NCBI RefSeq assembly: GCF_048593235.1
Contig: NC_133620.1
Coordinates: forward strand, 344,797,765-344,861,764
DNA from: Sminthopsis crassicaudata
Taxonomy: Eukaryota
DNA length: 64,000 bases
Reading direction: 5' to 3'
Within the stretch, counting starts at the first letter, position 1, and every line of letters starts with the position of its first letter. A program made the translations under genes and the position numbers. The notes beneath the pieces are model-generated. The model made no database searches. It was given only the letters and a program-made list of their open reading frames with translations, and was not told the origin of the DNA. This document shows, one piece after another, positions 41,969 to 54,310 of this stretch.

Positions 41969-42225
41969 TGATGAAGTAGATAGAGGACTGGGCCTGAAGT
42001 TAGGAAGACCTGAATTCAAATCAGGCCTCTGATTCTTACTGACTAGTGTCATGCTGGGCAAGATACTTAACCTCTGTTTGTCTCAGTTTCCTCATCTCTG
42101 AAATGAAGATAATAGTAACACCTACCACCCAGCGTTATTGTGAGGATCAGATGAGATAATATTTGTAAAGTACTTAGCTCACAGTGCCTGGCACATAATA
42201 GGTTCTATGTAAATGCTTGCTATTG
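41969..42225 (+). mobile_element. Near full-length MIR-like CORE-SINE
   Basis: tRNA-like head, CORE CTCAGTTTCCTCATCT..AAATG, and tail GTGCCTGGCACATAATAGG..TAAATGCTTG. Confidence 0.8.
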
Positions 42226-42265
42226 TCATCGTCATCATCATCGTCGTCATCATCATCATCATCAC
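42225..42265. repeat. (CAT/CGT)n trinucleotide microsatellite
   Basis: gtcatcgtcatcatcatcgtcgtcatcatcatcatcatca. Confidence 0.9.
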
Positions 42266-42348
42266 TATTATAATAATTATTGTTATAGGTGGGTAATGGA
42301 GTTATGAAGAAGAGAAGTGTGGGGTAGGGACCCTAGTTCATTACTGAT

Positions 42349-42353
<5 letters not shown>

Positions 42354-42398
<45 letters not shown>

Positions 42399-42416
42399 TT
42401 TTTTTTTTTTTTTTTT
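42354..42416. repeat. (CT)n plus poly-T microsatellite
   Basis: Direct reading. Confidence 0.9.
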
Positions 42417-42569
42417 GTTCCCTAGTGTCAGCAGACATTTTGAGGGCCAGGGTGGAGAGATGAGATGTTCAGTTTCCTCCAAGTCTCAGGCAATATTGAT
42501 AACCGTCTGGCCAGTGGGGTCCCGAGCCTATTTCCCCTTCCCTCAGTGGGCTTGGAGGCTGGTGTTGCC

Positions 42570-43112
42570 ATGGTGATGAATTTTCTTCTTTTGGTGTGGC
42601 AGCAAACCCTATATTGGGGTGGCTATCTTACTCAGGGCTATAGCAACAACTTGTCCTGTTTTCTGCTCTTTGCCAAGCTCCTAGGACTGTATTCGACAAT
42701 TGACGGGGATGCAGCTTCCTTGGCCTTCCCCTTGAAGTCACTGATGGGCCCTGGCTCTTGGAAGCTGAGCTACAACAACTTTCAACAACCTGACCAGGAG
42801 CTCCTTTGAAGGGCTGTGGAGACTTTGGGCACTGCTACCCCACAGTGATCTTATAGCCTCCACCCCCAGAGGCCTCTGGCTTAGGCTTGGATCAGCTCCG
42901 GAGCTACAACTGGCACATCTATTTCCCACCTGACTTTTCTGAAGTTCTGGGCTCCTTTGAAAGAGCTGAACCTTGTGTACAATTTCCTCAGAGCCCTGAA
43001 CACTGAGCATTTGTAGAGATCCTGGAACTTTTTGACCTGAGCCATTAACCAATTGGTTATATTAAAACTTGGCATTTTTTAGGGGAATGGGCTGAGGTCT
43101 TGACCTTTCAAT
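42570..43112 (+). pseudogene. Decayed gene for a secreted or membrane leucine-rich-repeat protein (signal peptide, LRRNT, about 5 LRRs)
   Basis: Mosaic translation across frameshifts: MVMNFLLLVWQQTL/GVAILLRAIATTCPVFCS..*DCIRQLTG/GLPLEVTDGPWLL/KLSYNNFQQ/LTRSSFEGLWRLWALLPHSDL/SLHP/EASGLGLDQLRSYNWHIYFPPDFSEVLGS/LKELNLVYNFLRALNTEHL/EILELFDLSH/NQLVILKLGIF/RGMG*GLDLS. Confidence 0.8.
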
Positions 43113-46100
43113 AGGTGTTTTTATTTCTTTCCCTAAATTAGTTGAAATATTCCATTTCAAGAAAGAGTTGGACACCTGCCACAGGCATTTGGTTCCAGTT
43201 TGCAAACAATCCCTCTTATACAAATATGACTTTGTAGAAGTGTTTGGAATACAGTCCTGCCATTGTAAATAGCAAATTTTAAATAATGAGGGGTCTGGAT
43301 CTCTGGCAAGATCAGCACTGATGTATTGTGCTGAATACTATAAACAAAGAAGGATCTTTCAGGTTTGAGATCAGAGGTAGTATATATAGGTAGAAAGATA
43401 TGTCAGAGGCATGACCCTCTTTGCCTCCTCCAGTTCAGTTTTAGTGGTTGTCAGACAATAAACAGTAAATACCTGCTCTATGGCAGGCATTGTGCTAAGT
43501 ACTGGGGACAAAGAAAAGCAAGGAATCCCTGCTCTTCTATTCACATTAATGAAACAATATGAAAACTGTAGAAATAGAGATAACATGAATTCAAGATAAT
43601 TAGTAAAGAGGAGGGACTAGCATCAAGGGAAAGCAAGAAAGGCTAAGAGTGGTAGAGGGAGAGCATTCTGGCTGCTTTTCCACTTCTGTTTTAAGAGCAC
43701 AAAAGCTAATAAACAACTCCCTCAATTCCTCCCATCCTCTGCACTTCTGACCCAGTATTATGACTAATATAAGATGCCAAAATCCATCCAAAGCCTGCAA
43801 AATTTCCCAAGATTGGGTTTCCTCTTTGGGGAATGCAGGAAGTGAGCAGAAGAGATAGCATGCAGCACATGTGGATAGGGTTTCCAAGAAAGCCTGTATT
43901 AACATTTCCCACTGCAGCCTTGCAAATCTTTAGGATTCATAGGACAAAGTTCCTTGGCCTCCATTAAGGGCCCTATGATTTGGGGGGGGGGGGGGAAGTG
44001 AAGTCTGAGCTTGTAGATGTCCAAAGAACAAGTGCTTTTAAGTTCTATTTTGACTTGCAAGTTGATGACTTAACTTTTTTATTGCTCCATCTGCAGTTCT
44101 GTCCTCCAAATTTGAATTGGGTTTGGGTTTCAGGAGAAATAAACTTGTTGGAGAATGGTTTCTTTTTGTTGTCCCTTTTCTAGTGTGGGGAGTAGAAGGA
44201 ATCCCGAGTTTGGAAAGTGATTGTTATTTGTTATCACCTGCTCATCTGCGCCACCCTCCCATCTTCCCTGTCTGCCTACATTTCCAGTTGTCTTACATAA
44301 TGTAGTCATACCCATACCATACCCACTACTCAGTGCCCCAAATGTTCAAACTATGACCTGGTGATTTAGAATAAAAATGATTGCTTATTGTCTATCTGAT
44401 GCACAAAACATTGCTCTAGAAACTGAGGAACACAGGAAAAATGGAGACATTGCTCTTATACATCTTGGGGAGATAGTCATTTAAACAGATGCAAAGCAGG
44501 ATATAAGTGTCTTGAGAAAGGTAGAGGCACAGCAGCGGCAAAAGTACAGAAACCGGAAATATTGGGGACAAGGTTACATGATGGAAGCATGGGACATACG
44601 AGGGAAATAAGCATGAAAGAAGAATGCTACATGTATATCTTACATCAAATTGCTGTCTTGCAGGGGGGAGGATTTGTCTTTACATCTAACTGGAAAAAAT
44701 ATTAAAGTAAAGAGGATGAGTGCTAAACTGACACTGACCTTGAAGCTTTTTAAGCAAGGAAGTAATGTGATGGGGACTTTGCTTAGGAATATCCATAAGA
44801 TAATACTAGAAGAGATATTGGAGGTTGTCTAGTTCAACTTTCTCAGTTTATGGATAATGCAACCTCTGAAGCTCTGAAGATAAAGTTGCCCTAAGGTCAT
44901 ATAGGCTGTAAAGGGTTTGAAACTCAGATGTGGGGATTCCAAATATAGCTCATTTCTATTGCCTCTGATCTGCCTTGCAACTGTCAAGGGTTGACTGGAG
45001 GCAAGGAGACCAGGAGATGTTATTTAGAATAGTCCAGGTGAGATGCTTTGAACTCAAGGGATGACAGCAGCAGTGTTGACAAAACTAGTGAGTAGAAGGT
45101 GGATTTTGAGAGAGAAGGCTTTAAGGAGAAGGTGCAGTTAATATATATTACTCTTAAAAAAAAAAAATTTGGATTGATGACATCTTTTGTTTTTTACAAG
45201 GCCTATATTTTCCCCTAGATCTCTTCCTTTCCCAGAAAGCCATCTTTTTAAAAAAGATTTTTTTTTTTAAGAGAAAAAAATTGAAGCAAATCAGTATATA
45301 GAAAAAAAATGACACTGGTGAACTGTCTCCTTCGCACATATATCAATAAAATGGAAGTAATAGACTACTATCAGCAGCAGGTGGTGAAATGATTAGAACA
45401 CTAGGCCTGGAATCTGGAAAACTTGATTTCAGAATCTTGCCTCGGGTACTTTTTAGCTCTGTGATCTTGGGCAGGTCACAACTTCTGCCTTAGTTTCCAC
45501 ATCCATCAAATGGGGATAATAGGACCCACTCTAGGTTAGGACCAAATGAAAGCATACCTGTACAACAACACAGTGCCTGGGAAATATTAAATGTGATATA
45601 GATTCTTGTTTTCTCCCTTCAGGCTGTCATTAAGATAGTTTTATTTTGCTGTGTAAATAGAACATCTGAAAAGGCTAGCAGAGTTCTTAGAAGCTGATAG
45701 GAAAGCTATAAAATAGCATATCATTTTCATTTTCCAGTATTTCTCCTCCTTTAAGAGAAAAAAAAGAAAAAATAATCAAAACTAACCACATCAGCTGAGA
45801 TCAGTATATCAGTTTTTTACACTCACAGTATTCCGCCTCTAAAAAAGAAAGGAGTTTTTTGGTCATATCCCTTCTTCAAAATCAAACTTGGGTCCTTGTA
45901 ATTGGTTTTTCCCCCATACTGTATGTATGTTCATAGTTGTGCATGTTGCTTATCTACTTCTGCTTATTTGCATTATGCTAATCTAGGCTTCATAGCTATC
46001 CTTTTTTATGGAGCAGCAAAATTCCATTACATTCATGTCATTTTGTTTTACCTGTGCCTCAATTGATGGCCACCTCATTTATTTCCATTTATTACTTGTG

Positions 46101-47079
46101 CAAAATTTTTGATGTATATTCAGACCTTTGATTTTGATCTTGAGATAGGTGCCTAGTAGTGGTACATGGAAATATCAAAGGGCATACAGTTTGGTCAATT
46201 CTTAACACATTTCAAAGTGCTTCACAGAGTGGTTGAGCTAGGTCCCAGATGCACTAACAATCTAGGCTTCTTTTTCCACGATTAAGAATTATAAGGGATA
46301 AAGGATCTGAAGGAGGTGGAAGAGTCCTGCCCAACCTTGGGTGTGAACGGGGCCACAAATAGGGGACCGACCTTTTCGGGGCATAAAACCAGGGTTAGGT
46401 AAGGCTGGGTGAACGGAGCGAATAGTGAATGAAAAGGGCCAGTTTTAGCACTGCTAGTGTAGCTTGCCCACCCGGACTTTACGGTTGTCCGGTAGGAGTC
46501 GGTGTATCTGGGAGGGACCTTGGAGGTCGAGTTCATTAGGCAAGGACTTGAGAGGAGAATTGATTTGCCCACCTCTATATGCTTACTAAATTTTCAAAAG
46601 TGCTGGAAGAGAAGGAAATTTGAACCCAGAATCTTGGTAGTTTGACCTGAAAGGACCAAAAGGTCCTCTTCTCCCAAACTCCTAATTTTACAGATGGGGA
46701 AACTTGAGGCTCAGAGAAGGGCGAGACCTCCCTCCTTCCAATGTGCAATGCTGAATATATTTGCATTCTCGAATCTGGATTTAAAATAAGCAGTCTACAG
46801 CTGCTCAAACCAAACACGGAAAACTAGCAACGTGGGAAGAAGCCGAGCTGCGCTTTGTCTCCGCCGACGGACGTCCCAGACGCACCTCCCCTCGCCAGCC
46901 GGAACCACGTGTTGCCCGGTGTAGGTCGGGACTGGGCTCAGTTTCCGGTCGGAAGAGAGAAGCCGGCGGCCCCGGAAGCCTCCGTTCGCGTTCCCCCGTC
47001 ACCCTTTCCCTCCCGCCCTCGCTGCGCGCTCCGGAGCGAGGCCGAGGTCGAGCCCGAGTGCCGTCTGTCCTTCCCCAAG

Positions 47080-47216
47080 ATGGCGGCAGGTCCGGGCCGG
47101 CGGCGGCGGCTGCTGCAGCTACTTATGCAGTTCGGGTCGGTGCTGCTGACGCGGTGTCCATTCTGGGGCTGCTTCTGCCAGCTTATGCTGTACGCCGAGC
47201 GGGCCGACGCGCGCCG
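47080..47216 (+). CDS. TMEM101: TMEM101 coding exon 1 (137 nt)
   Basis: MAAGPGRRRRLLQLLMQFGSVLLTRCPFWGCFCQLMLYAERADAR(R); donor GTGAGC. Confidence 0.97.
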
Positions 47217-47837
47217 GTGAGCGAGCCGGCTCGGCCACCGTAGGCGGGCGGAGGGAGATGGGGCGGTGCAGGGAAGTAGGGGGTGGGGCGAGGGTGGGAA
47301 GGAGCGGGACGGCCCGGGAGGAGGCGGACGGGCACCCCGCTGAATACCGAGAGGAAACTCCTACTAGGGCTACTATGGGATAGTGCGTGGGACCGCAGCA
47401 AGTGCCCTAGGGAGTGTGCTGCTTTCTAACTGGGAGAGGCGCTCTTGCTCGGGATTGAGTCCATATTGGGTGTCCCGAGGGGGGGAGTGGCCATAGAGGC
47501 CTTTCCGCACGGGAGCAAGCAGTTCTGGGATCTTGCGCTTAAGGCGGGGAACCTTTGCATTCCCCGCGCCCCCGCTTAGCACGGCGCGGACGCCCGGAGG
47601 CGCTCTTAAACCCTTGCGGACGGACCTTGGGGGCACCGCACGTTTGGGAACTGGTTTGGTGGGGTGGGAGGTGGAGGGAGGATGGAGACGGGGCGGAGCC
47701 GCGGGGCAGCGCCTCGCCGCGGGCACACCTGTAGCGCCTGGCTCCTATGAGGCGCGGCGGTGCTGGGGAGGACCTCGGCGCACACGCGCTGCCGGGCGTG
47801 CCACGGGGCCCATCCGGCCGCTCTGCTTGTCCTTCAG

Positions 47838-48018
47838 GAAGCCCGACATCCCGGTGCCCTACCTGTACTTTGACATGGGGGCCGCTGTGCTGTGCGCTAG
47901 CTTCATGTCCTTCGGGGTGAAACGCCGCTGGTTTGCGCTGGGAGCCGCCCTCCAGCTGGCGGTCAGCACCTACGCCGCCTATGTGGGAGGCTATGTGCAC
48001 TATGGAGACTGGCTGAAG
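47838..48018 (+). CDS. TMEM101: TMEM101 coding exon 2 (181 nt)
   Basis: KPDIPVPYLYFDMGAAVLCASFMSFGVKRRWFALGAALQLAVSTYAAYVGGYVHYGDWLK; donor GTGAGT. Confidence 0.98.
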
Positions 48019-48190
48019 GTGAGTGCTGCCCTCAGGCGGGTCCTCAGCGGCCAGCGCCAGCCCGGGGAATGCCGCGGGACCCTTAGTGGTGTCACTGGGA
48101 GGGAGGAGGGCTTGGGGGGGGGCTTTGGAGCTTTGCTCTGGGGTCTTCTCCGGATGGGAGCCGTCTCTGAGAGGGTCTCCTCCTTTCCAG

Positions 48191-48337
48191 GTTCGCATGT
48201 ATTCCAGAACCATCGCCATCATTGGTGGCTTCCTGGTGCTGGCTAGCGGTGCCGGCGAACTCTACCGGCAGAAACCTCGGAGCCGTTCTCTGCAGTCCAC
48301 GGGCCAAGTGTTCCTGGGCATCTACCTCATCTGTGTG
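48191..48337 (+). CDS. TMEM101: TMEM101 coding exon 3 (147 nt)
   Basis: VRMYSRTIAIIGGFLVLASGAGELYRQKPRSRSLQSTGQVFLGIYLICV; donor GTAGGT. Confidence 0.98.
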
Positions 48338-50597
48338 GTAGGTGGGGGCCTGCAGGTTCGGGGCGGGCCTTTCCGTCCATACCGAGTCCTTAGAGAGGGG
48401 GCGCCAGGATCCCCCACCGCCGCCCAGCTCGGCCCGGGGAGCGGAAGGGGAAGAAAGGGGCCCCCAAAGCCACGGCTGCTCTCCCAGCAGCTTGGCCTTA
48501 GTAACCGCTCCCGGTGACTGGGGAGAGCCGACTTGCTGGGCGCCTTGTTCCTGCCATCAGACTGGCTCCATTTAGCTATCAGCGCTGACCCGGGAAAGGT
48601 CCCAGTCCCGCCTGAGAAGCCTGGGCCAGCGCGCTGCGGCTTCCTTCCGGCTCGCGCTCAGGTCGGACTCTGGAGAACTTAGATTGAGTGCAAGGGCCAC
48701 CCACGGACTGACTGACCAGAGCCCGAGCCCATGCTCTGGGGCAGTTACTGCCAAAGGAAAGTGAGTCAGCTTCACAGTCCCGCACCCTATACTCAGAAAA
48801 GCTGAACTCTCCAGCTCAGAGAGGTAATAAATATTATTAAGGACTGATCTGTGGAGTGTCCTTCCACTCTGAATAGAGCAAAGAAACAAGGCCTTAGCGT
48901 CCTGGACCTCATGGCCTAGGTAGGAGGTAGCACAGATAACGGGAAGAATGAAAAAGGCTTATAAAGAAGCTTTGAGTAGGTGGGTCAGGAAAAGCGTCAC
49001 TGAGGGCAGGAGCCCTGGGCTGAGCCTGGGCTCAGTATGAGGGCAGCCTATGTGTATTGGGAACAATAAACATGAAGGCAGGTGTGACAGGTATTAGAGC
49101 CATCCAGGTATGCTGAAATAGCTATGGGAGGAGTCCAGACCCGGGATTTCACCAGCATCAGGAATTCTTGGTGTGGAGATTCCATCTGCCCAGGCAGATC
49201 ACAGCTCACTTGTCATTTAGTGAATGTCTGGGACACAGGGATAGCTGCTTGGTATCAAAAGCAAGACTTGATACTGTTTTCCTGTTTCTCCATTCACTTC
49301 GCTGTTTTTCTTGGCTGGAATCAAATTTTATATGACATATAGTTCCCATTTTTGTAGAATGTATAGCTTGATTTGGTGAGAAGGCACAAATACAAAGAGG
49401 AGTGCTTCAGGGACATCTAATTTCACCAGTGATCAGATTGTTGCTTCCTCTGACTTGCAGGAACGCCTCTGTGGCCTTGCAGAAGGTGGCCAGTCTGGCA
49501 ATAAGATTCATCCTATCCTTCACAGAACACATTTTTTCATACTCAGCTAAGCAGGTTTTTGGCTATCCATTCCCATGCCTGTAAAAGCCCCCTTTCTGAG
49601 ATATTTCTGTGATTTTCCAAACTTTTGTTATTTACATGTATTTTATTTTTTCCCCAATTACTTGTAAAAATAAGATGGATCGAAGGAGATGGACTCTGAA
49701 GGTAAAGGTAGCTGTTAAGTGTCTGAATCAATAGCTCAATATCTGCTATCTAATTAGTGCTTATTAAATGCTTTTTTTGACAGGAGGATTGTGGTCTAGA
49801 AGGGTATTAATAGTGATCCAGTTTTGTGCATAAGCACTCGGGAGAAAACCCAGCAATTCAGAGTCCCCATTAAGGGTGATTGTTAATAAAGTTGTGTTTT
49901 AGAGACATTAAGAAGGATGAAGACTTAGATACTATCTAATTTGGTAATTAGAAGATTGTTACTGATCCTAAGCAAACAGTGTTGGAAAGAGCAGGGAAGA
50001 AAGAATCCCAATTGCAAGGAGTTGAGTGGGCTATGGGGAAGTGAAAGTGTAAACCAGCCTTTTTCGAGATTTGTTGATGAAAAGGAGAGACAAGAGTTAG
50101 CTGTTGAAGGGAGTATCTGAGTGAAGTTTGTTAGAAGAGAGAAGACTTTCCCCAGAAGAGCAGGAGTGAGTGGAGGAGAGAGGGATTGAGTATGCAGAAA
50201 GGTCAGCTAGATTCATCAGAGTTTGGGGGGAGGGGGTGAGAAAGGGAGGGAATAGGATTAAAAGAGTTTGAAATGGGGATGGCTAGTACACAAAAAATTG
50301 TAGAATGAAGTGGGAGCTGAGGAATTGATGGCATTGGGTATAAAATACTCTTGTTAGAAGTTTATCAGTGGGAGCAAGGATAGCGGTGAGGGGTGTGAGA
50401 TGGTAGCTGAAGGAGTCAGCACAATTTAAGAATAAAGACAGCTACTGGAAAGCTTGAGCTGGGTGAATTAGTGAGTCTCTAAAGGGGTGATCATTTAATT
50501 AAACAATTGAATTTAGTTGACATAGAAGGGAATATATTCCAGTTAGGAGTAATACTGTGTCCCAGGTACCACTGACCTCCCCCTGCCCTCGCCCTAG

Positions 50598-50906
50598 GCT
50601 TACTCCCTCCAACACAGCAAAGAAGACCGGCTGGCATATCTGAACCACATTCCAGGAGGGGAACTCACACTCCAGCTGCTCTTCATCCTTTATGGTATCC
50701 TGGCACTGGCCTTCCTCTCTGGCTACTATGTGGCCCTGGCTGCTCAGATCCTGGCTGTGCTGCTACCTCTTATCATCCTCCTCATTGATGGAAACATCAT
50801 CTATTGGCACAACACTCGGCGAGTTGAGTTCTGGAATCAGATGAAGCTTATTGGCGAGAATGTGGGCATCTTTGGGGCTGCAGTGATCCTGGCTACTGAT
50901 GGCTGA
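50598..50906 (+). CDS. TMEM101: TMEM101 coding exon 4 (309 nt including stop)
   Basis: AYSLQHSKEDRLAYLNHIPGGE...VEFWNQMKLIGENVGIFGAAVILATDG*. Total 257 aa. Confidence 0.98.
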   Translation, partial: AYSLQHSKEDRLAYLNHIPGGELTLQLLFILYGILALAFLSGYYVALAAQILAVLLPLIILLIDGNIIYWHNTRRVEFWNQMKLIGENVGIFGAAVILATDG

Positions 50907-51708
50907 ATGGCACCCGTTAGGGATGATGGGGTGAGAAGGGAAGTTTTTTTGGGGGGAGGGGTGCAGGGGATTTTCTTCCACAGGCTATTTATGCTTAAAA
51001 AAAAAAAAAAAACCAACCCAAAAACCTCTTTTGTAATGATTGGCAGGAAAAGGGTCTTTACCCTATTCTATTAGGAAATGCACTTTAAGAAGAAGCCCTT
51101 GCATCTGGGATGGGATGTGGGTGCTGAACTTCTCCAGGACTTCTCTGACTTAGGGAGTATTTATTTTAGGAGAACCACCTTTGGGAAGATCAGGGGAGGA
51201 TTGTGGTTTTGGTGGGAATTGGGACAGGTAGAGGAAGAAGCTGGATGGACAGCAGCAGACCAGGAGAGAAGCAAAGATACAGAGGAAGACAAGGACCAAA
51301 TGTATATATTTCTTCTTGTACAACTTGTAACTAGTACAGTTAAATTCTTGATGAAAGCGTAATGCTATGTGTGTGTGAGAAGCAGCATGGACCAGACTCA
51401 GAAATAGCCAAGGGGACTGACCCAGCCCAATTTAACTAGTTTTCTGGATTACGGGAGGACAGAAACATAGTTTGTTCCCATCAGTCCCCTTCACCAATCT
51501 GTTTAATATTCCTTCTGGACTGGGACTCATGGTAAGGTGATTCAGAGCATGGCTGTTGTCCAACCCACTGTCCCCACTTTGATTGAAAGCTTCTCCAGGT
51601 TCTGCCACATCTTTGCTCCAGGTTTTGCGGTGGGCATTCTGGGGACAAGAGTACCTCATTCCTTCTCCTTTTCCTTGCTTCTCAATCAGCACATTTCACA
51701 CTTTCAGA

Positions 51709-51714
51709 AATAAA
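51709..51714 (+). terminator. TMEM101: Candidate TMEM101 poly(A) signal
   Basis: AATAAA about 800 nt after the stop, with U/GU-rich sequence downstream. Confidence 0.5.
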
Positions 51715-51964
51715 CACTATATACACCTCTGGATTTGGTTTTCTAGTTTCCCTGTAAGTGCCTTTGATATGAGTTGGTTTTTTTTACCCTAGATGATATC
51801 TTCTCTTGCCTTATACTTTACCCTCTGTTTTGGACATTTCACTCTCAAATGTCCCAGCTTACAACTTTTGATTCTATTTTTGTTCTTCAGTTTGGGAATT
51901 CTTATGTGTCATTTTGTTTTTTCCTGTTACAAATCAAATTGATTTCCCATCACACATTTCCTAA

Positions 51965-52003
<39 letters not shown>

Positions 52004-52420
52004 TCATTTATGAAAAAATATGTGAATACCTGATTTCTTGTGTAATCAAAGAGGGGCTTATTTCTGTTGAAATGTGCAGGAAAGGATGACAGGGGTTGGA
52101 ATGGACTCATAACCCTTTGCTCCCCACTGTCTACTAATTGAAGCATGGGACCTGCTCCTGCTTTGGCCTTACCTATAGATGTTGGCAAATAGTCCCATTC
52201 CACCAAACCCAAAATTGAGCCTGTCATCTCACCTGAGCTTTTAAAATCAAAATGTGCATGCACCTGCCTCTTCCTTTCTTTTCCAACTGATATCAGCTGT
52301 TCATGTTACCTTGGCAGCTCATATATGTTATTTTCTTGTGCTTATTGGCTTTACAGGAGAGGAGTGAAGGTCCTTTCTAGAGGCCTGTTTTGCCATCTTT
52401 TCACTTTGGATTAGGAAGAT

Positions 52421-52426
52421 TTTATT
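52421..52426 (-). terminator. NAGS: Candidate NAGS poly(A) signal
   Basis: TTTATT on + (AATAAA on -), about 870 nt after the NAGS stop. Confidence 0.45.
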
Positions 52427-53291
52427 GGGTGGCCATAGGGAGGGGTATGGAGATCTTGGGCTGTAGAGAGAGAGTAGAATTTAGGACAGAGGCTGAGGCT
52501 GCTACTGGCCTGATTTGGATGGACAGTGACTATTCCATGGTTTGAAGGTCATCGGGAACTAGACAGGGGATTACTTCTGCTTTCCTTCCCCCCTCCCCCC
52601 ACAACATCTTTTTTCCTCCTGTATTCTTATCAAAGGTAGGAGTGGAATCAGTGAAGGGCAAAGTTTTGATCAGCAGATTGATCATCAGAGTCTGGCTTTG
52701 AAAATGCTTTCACTTTGTCATTTTTCTCCCTCTTTTGTCTTTGTTCTCAGGACTTTGCTGTCCCTCATTGTTAATTTACCTTCCGTCCCCCCTTCCCATT
52801 CTGAAAGCTGAAAAGGGTCAACATTTAAATAAAACCTAAGACCTGAAAAAACTAATCTTAAAAGTGAATATGAAGAGTAATGAGAGGCGAGGGTAATATC
52901 TGGGGACAGGACACCTTAAATCGAACATGCAGGTGACCATGTATTTCACCCAGTTGGGCCGTAGTAGAAGCCCTGATAGGATTGAGGTTCCCAGGGAAGA
53001 TGAAGAAATAGTTACTGGTTGCTTTGGAATAGGTAGCAGACTTTTGGACAGAAGGTACCAGGTACCCCTACTCCATTCAGCTGAGCTAGTCCTTCTGTTT
53101 GTGCTACTACCCTGGTTCCCTCCCCTTCCCAGAGTCCAAGGGCCTCAAGGCCTTCCCATCTCCTCTTCCATGCAAGTTTCTCAGCTAGCAAGCCCAGGCC
53201 TTCCTCCAAACTTCCCTGGGATACTGCCTCAGCATGGTTCTTGGCTGTGCATTCAGTTGGGCTGGGGGCACCAAAGTATTGATGGTTCCTA

Positions 53292-53477
<186 letters not shown>

Positions 53478-54127
53478 TCAGTGCATGGATAGTCCCAGTC
53501 CCAGCACTCCCAATTGCCCTAGCTTGGGGAAAGATTCCTGGACAGTCTGAGAAGTTTATGCTGCCCTCTTTTTCTGGCTAATTCTTTGTTATGTTTCCTA
53601 GAGGTAACAAGCCTGAATAGAGCTGTTGCTTAGTGAATAGGAAGAGAATGGATATAGCAGCCAAGCCACAGGTAGATAAGTCTATGAATGCATTGTTCCT
53701 CACCATCAGACAAAGAAAGGGAATAGGTAACTGCTATGATTTTTGGAGAACCCCTGAGTCCTGAGGTATCTCATTTGGCACACAAATGATATTGGGGTTC
53801 TTGGAAGTGATGAAAGAAGTCCAGGTCACAGAGCCAAGGTGATAGACTTGCCATTTCTCTGGCTATAGCATTTGCTGCTTGAAGCTGGACTTGGAGGGAA
53901 TGTTCTGGGCACACTAGCCTAGGCTTTACTCATATCACGTATGACACAATCATAAGTACATTGGGCCCACAGGTAAAAATCTTTGATTTTAGTTCCTGAT
54001 TGGTTACTAACTTGATTTGTTACCTTGGGCTTAAGTTTTTGGGGTTCTTATTGATCAAATAATGCATCTGGACCAAATGATTATCTAGTGTTTTTCATTT
54101 AAGAGTTGAAATTCAGACAATGCCTAC

Positions 54128-54310
54128 CAGGGGTTGATGGGATTGGTGACACGGGATCTCCAGAAAAGTCGATGCAGATCCTGTCGCATGCACTCCCATA
54201 GCATCTGGCCTGAGCCCTGGCCTTGCCGGCTAGAGTTTACCACAAACTTGTCCAGATATGGGGTGCCTCCCAGCACAGGTTCAGTAGTTAGGATGGCTGC
54301 AGCATTGTAC
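54128..54310 (-). CDS. NAGS: NAGS exon 6 (183 nt)
   Basis: [60 protein letters not shown] (NAT domain). Confidence 0.97.

Larger units (their letters stand above)
46840..48700 (+). promoter_or_regulatory. TMEM101: TMEM101 CpG island / promoter
   Basis: CpG-dense; ETS-like CCGGAA motifs (about 46899 and 46972), E-box CACGTG (about 46906), and CAAGATGGCGGC at the ATG. Confidence 0.8.

Noticed and set aside
47373-48889. Long ORFs on both strands over TMEM101 (227 aa and 237 aa, among others)
   Set aside because: GC-rich CpG-island ORFs, antisense shadows, or intron read-through of real exons; no recognisable domains.
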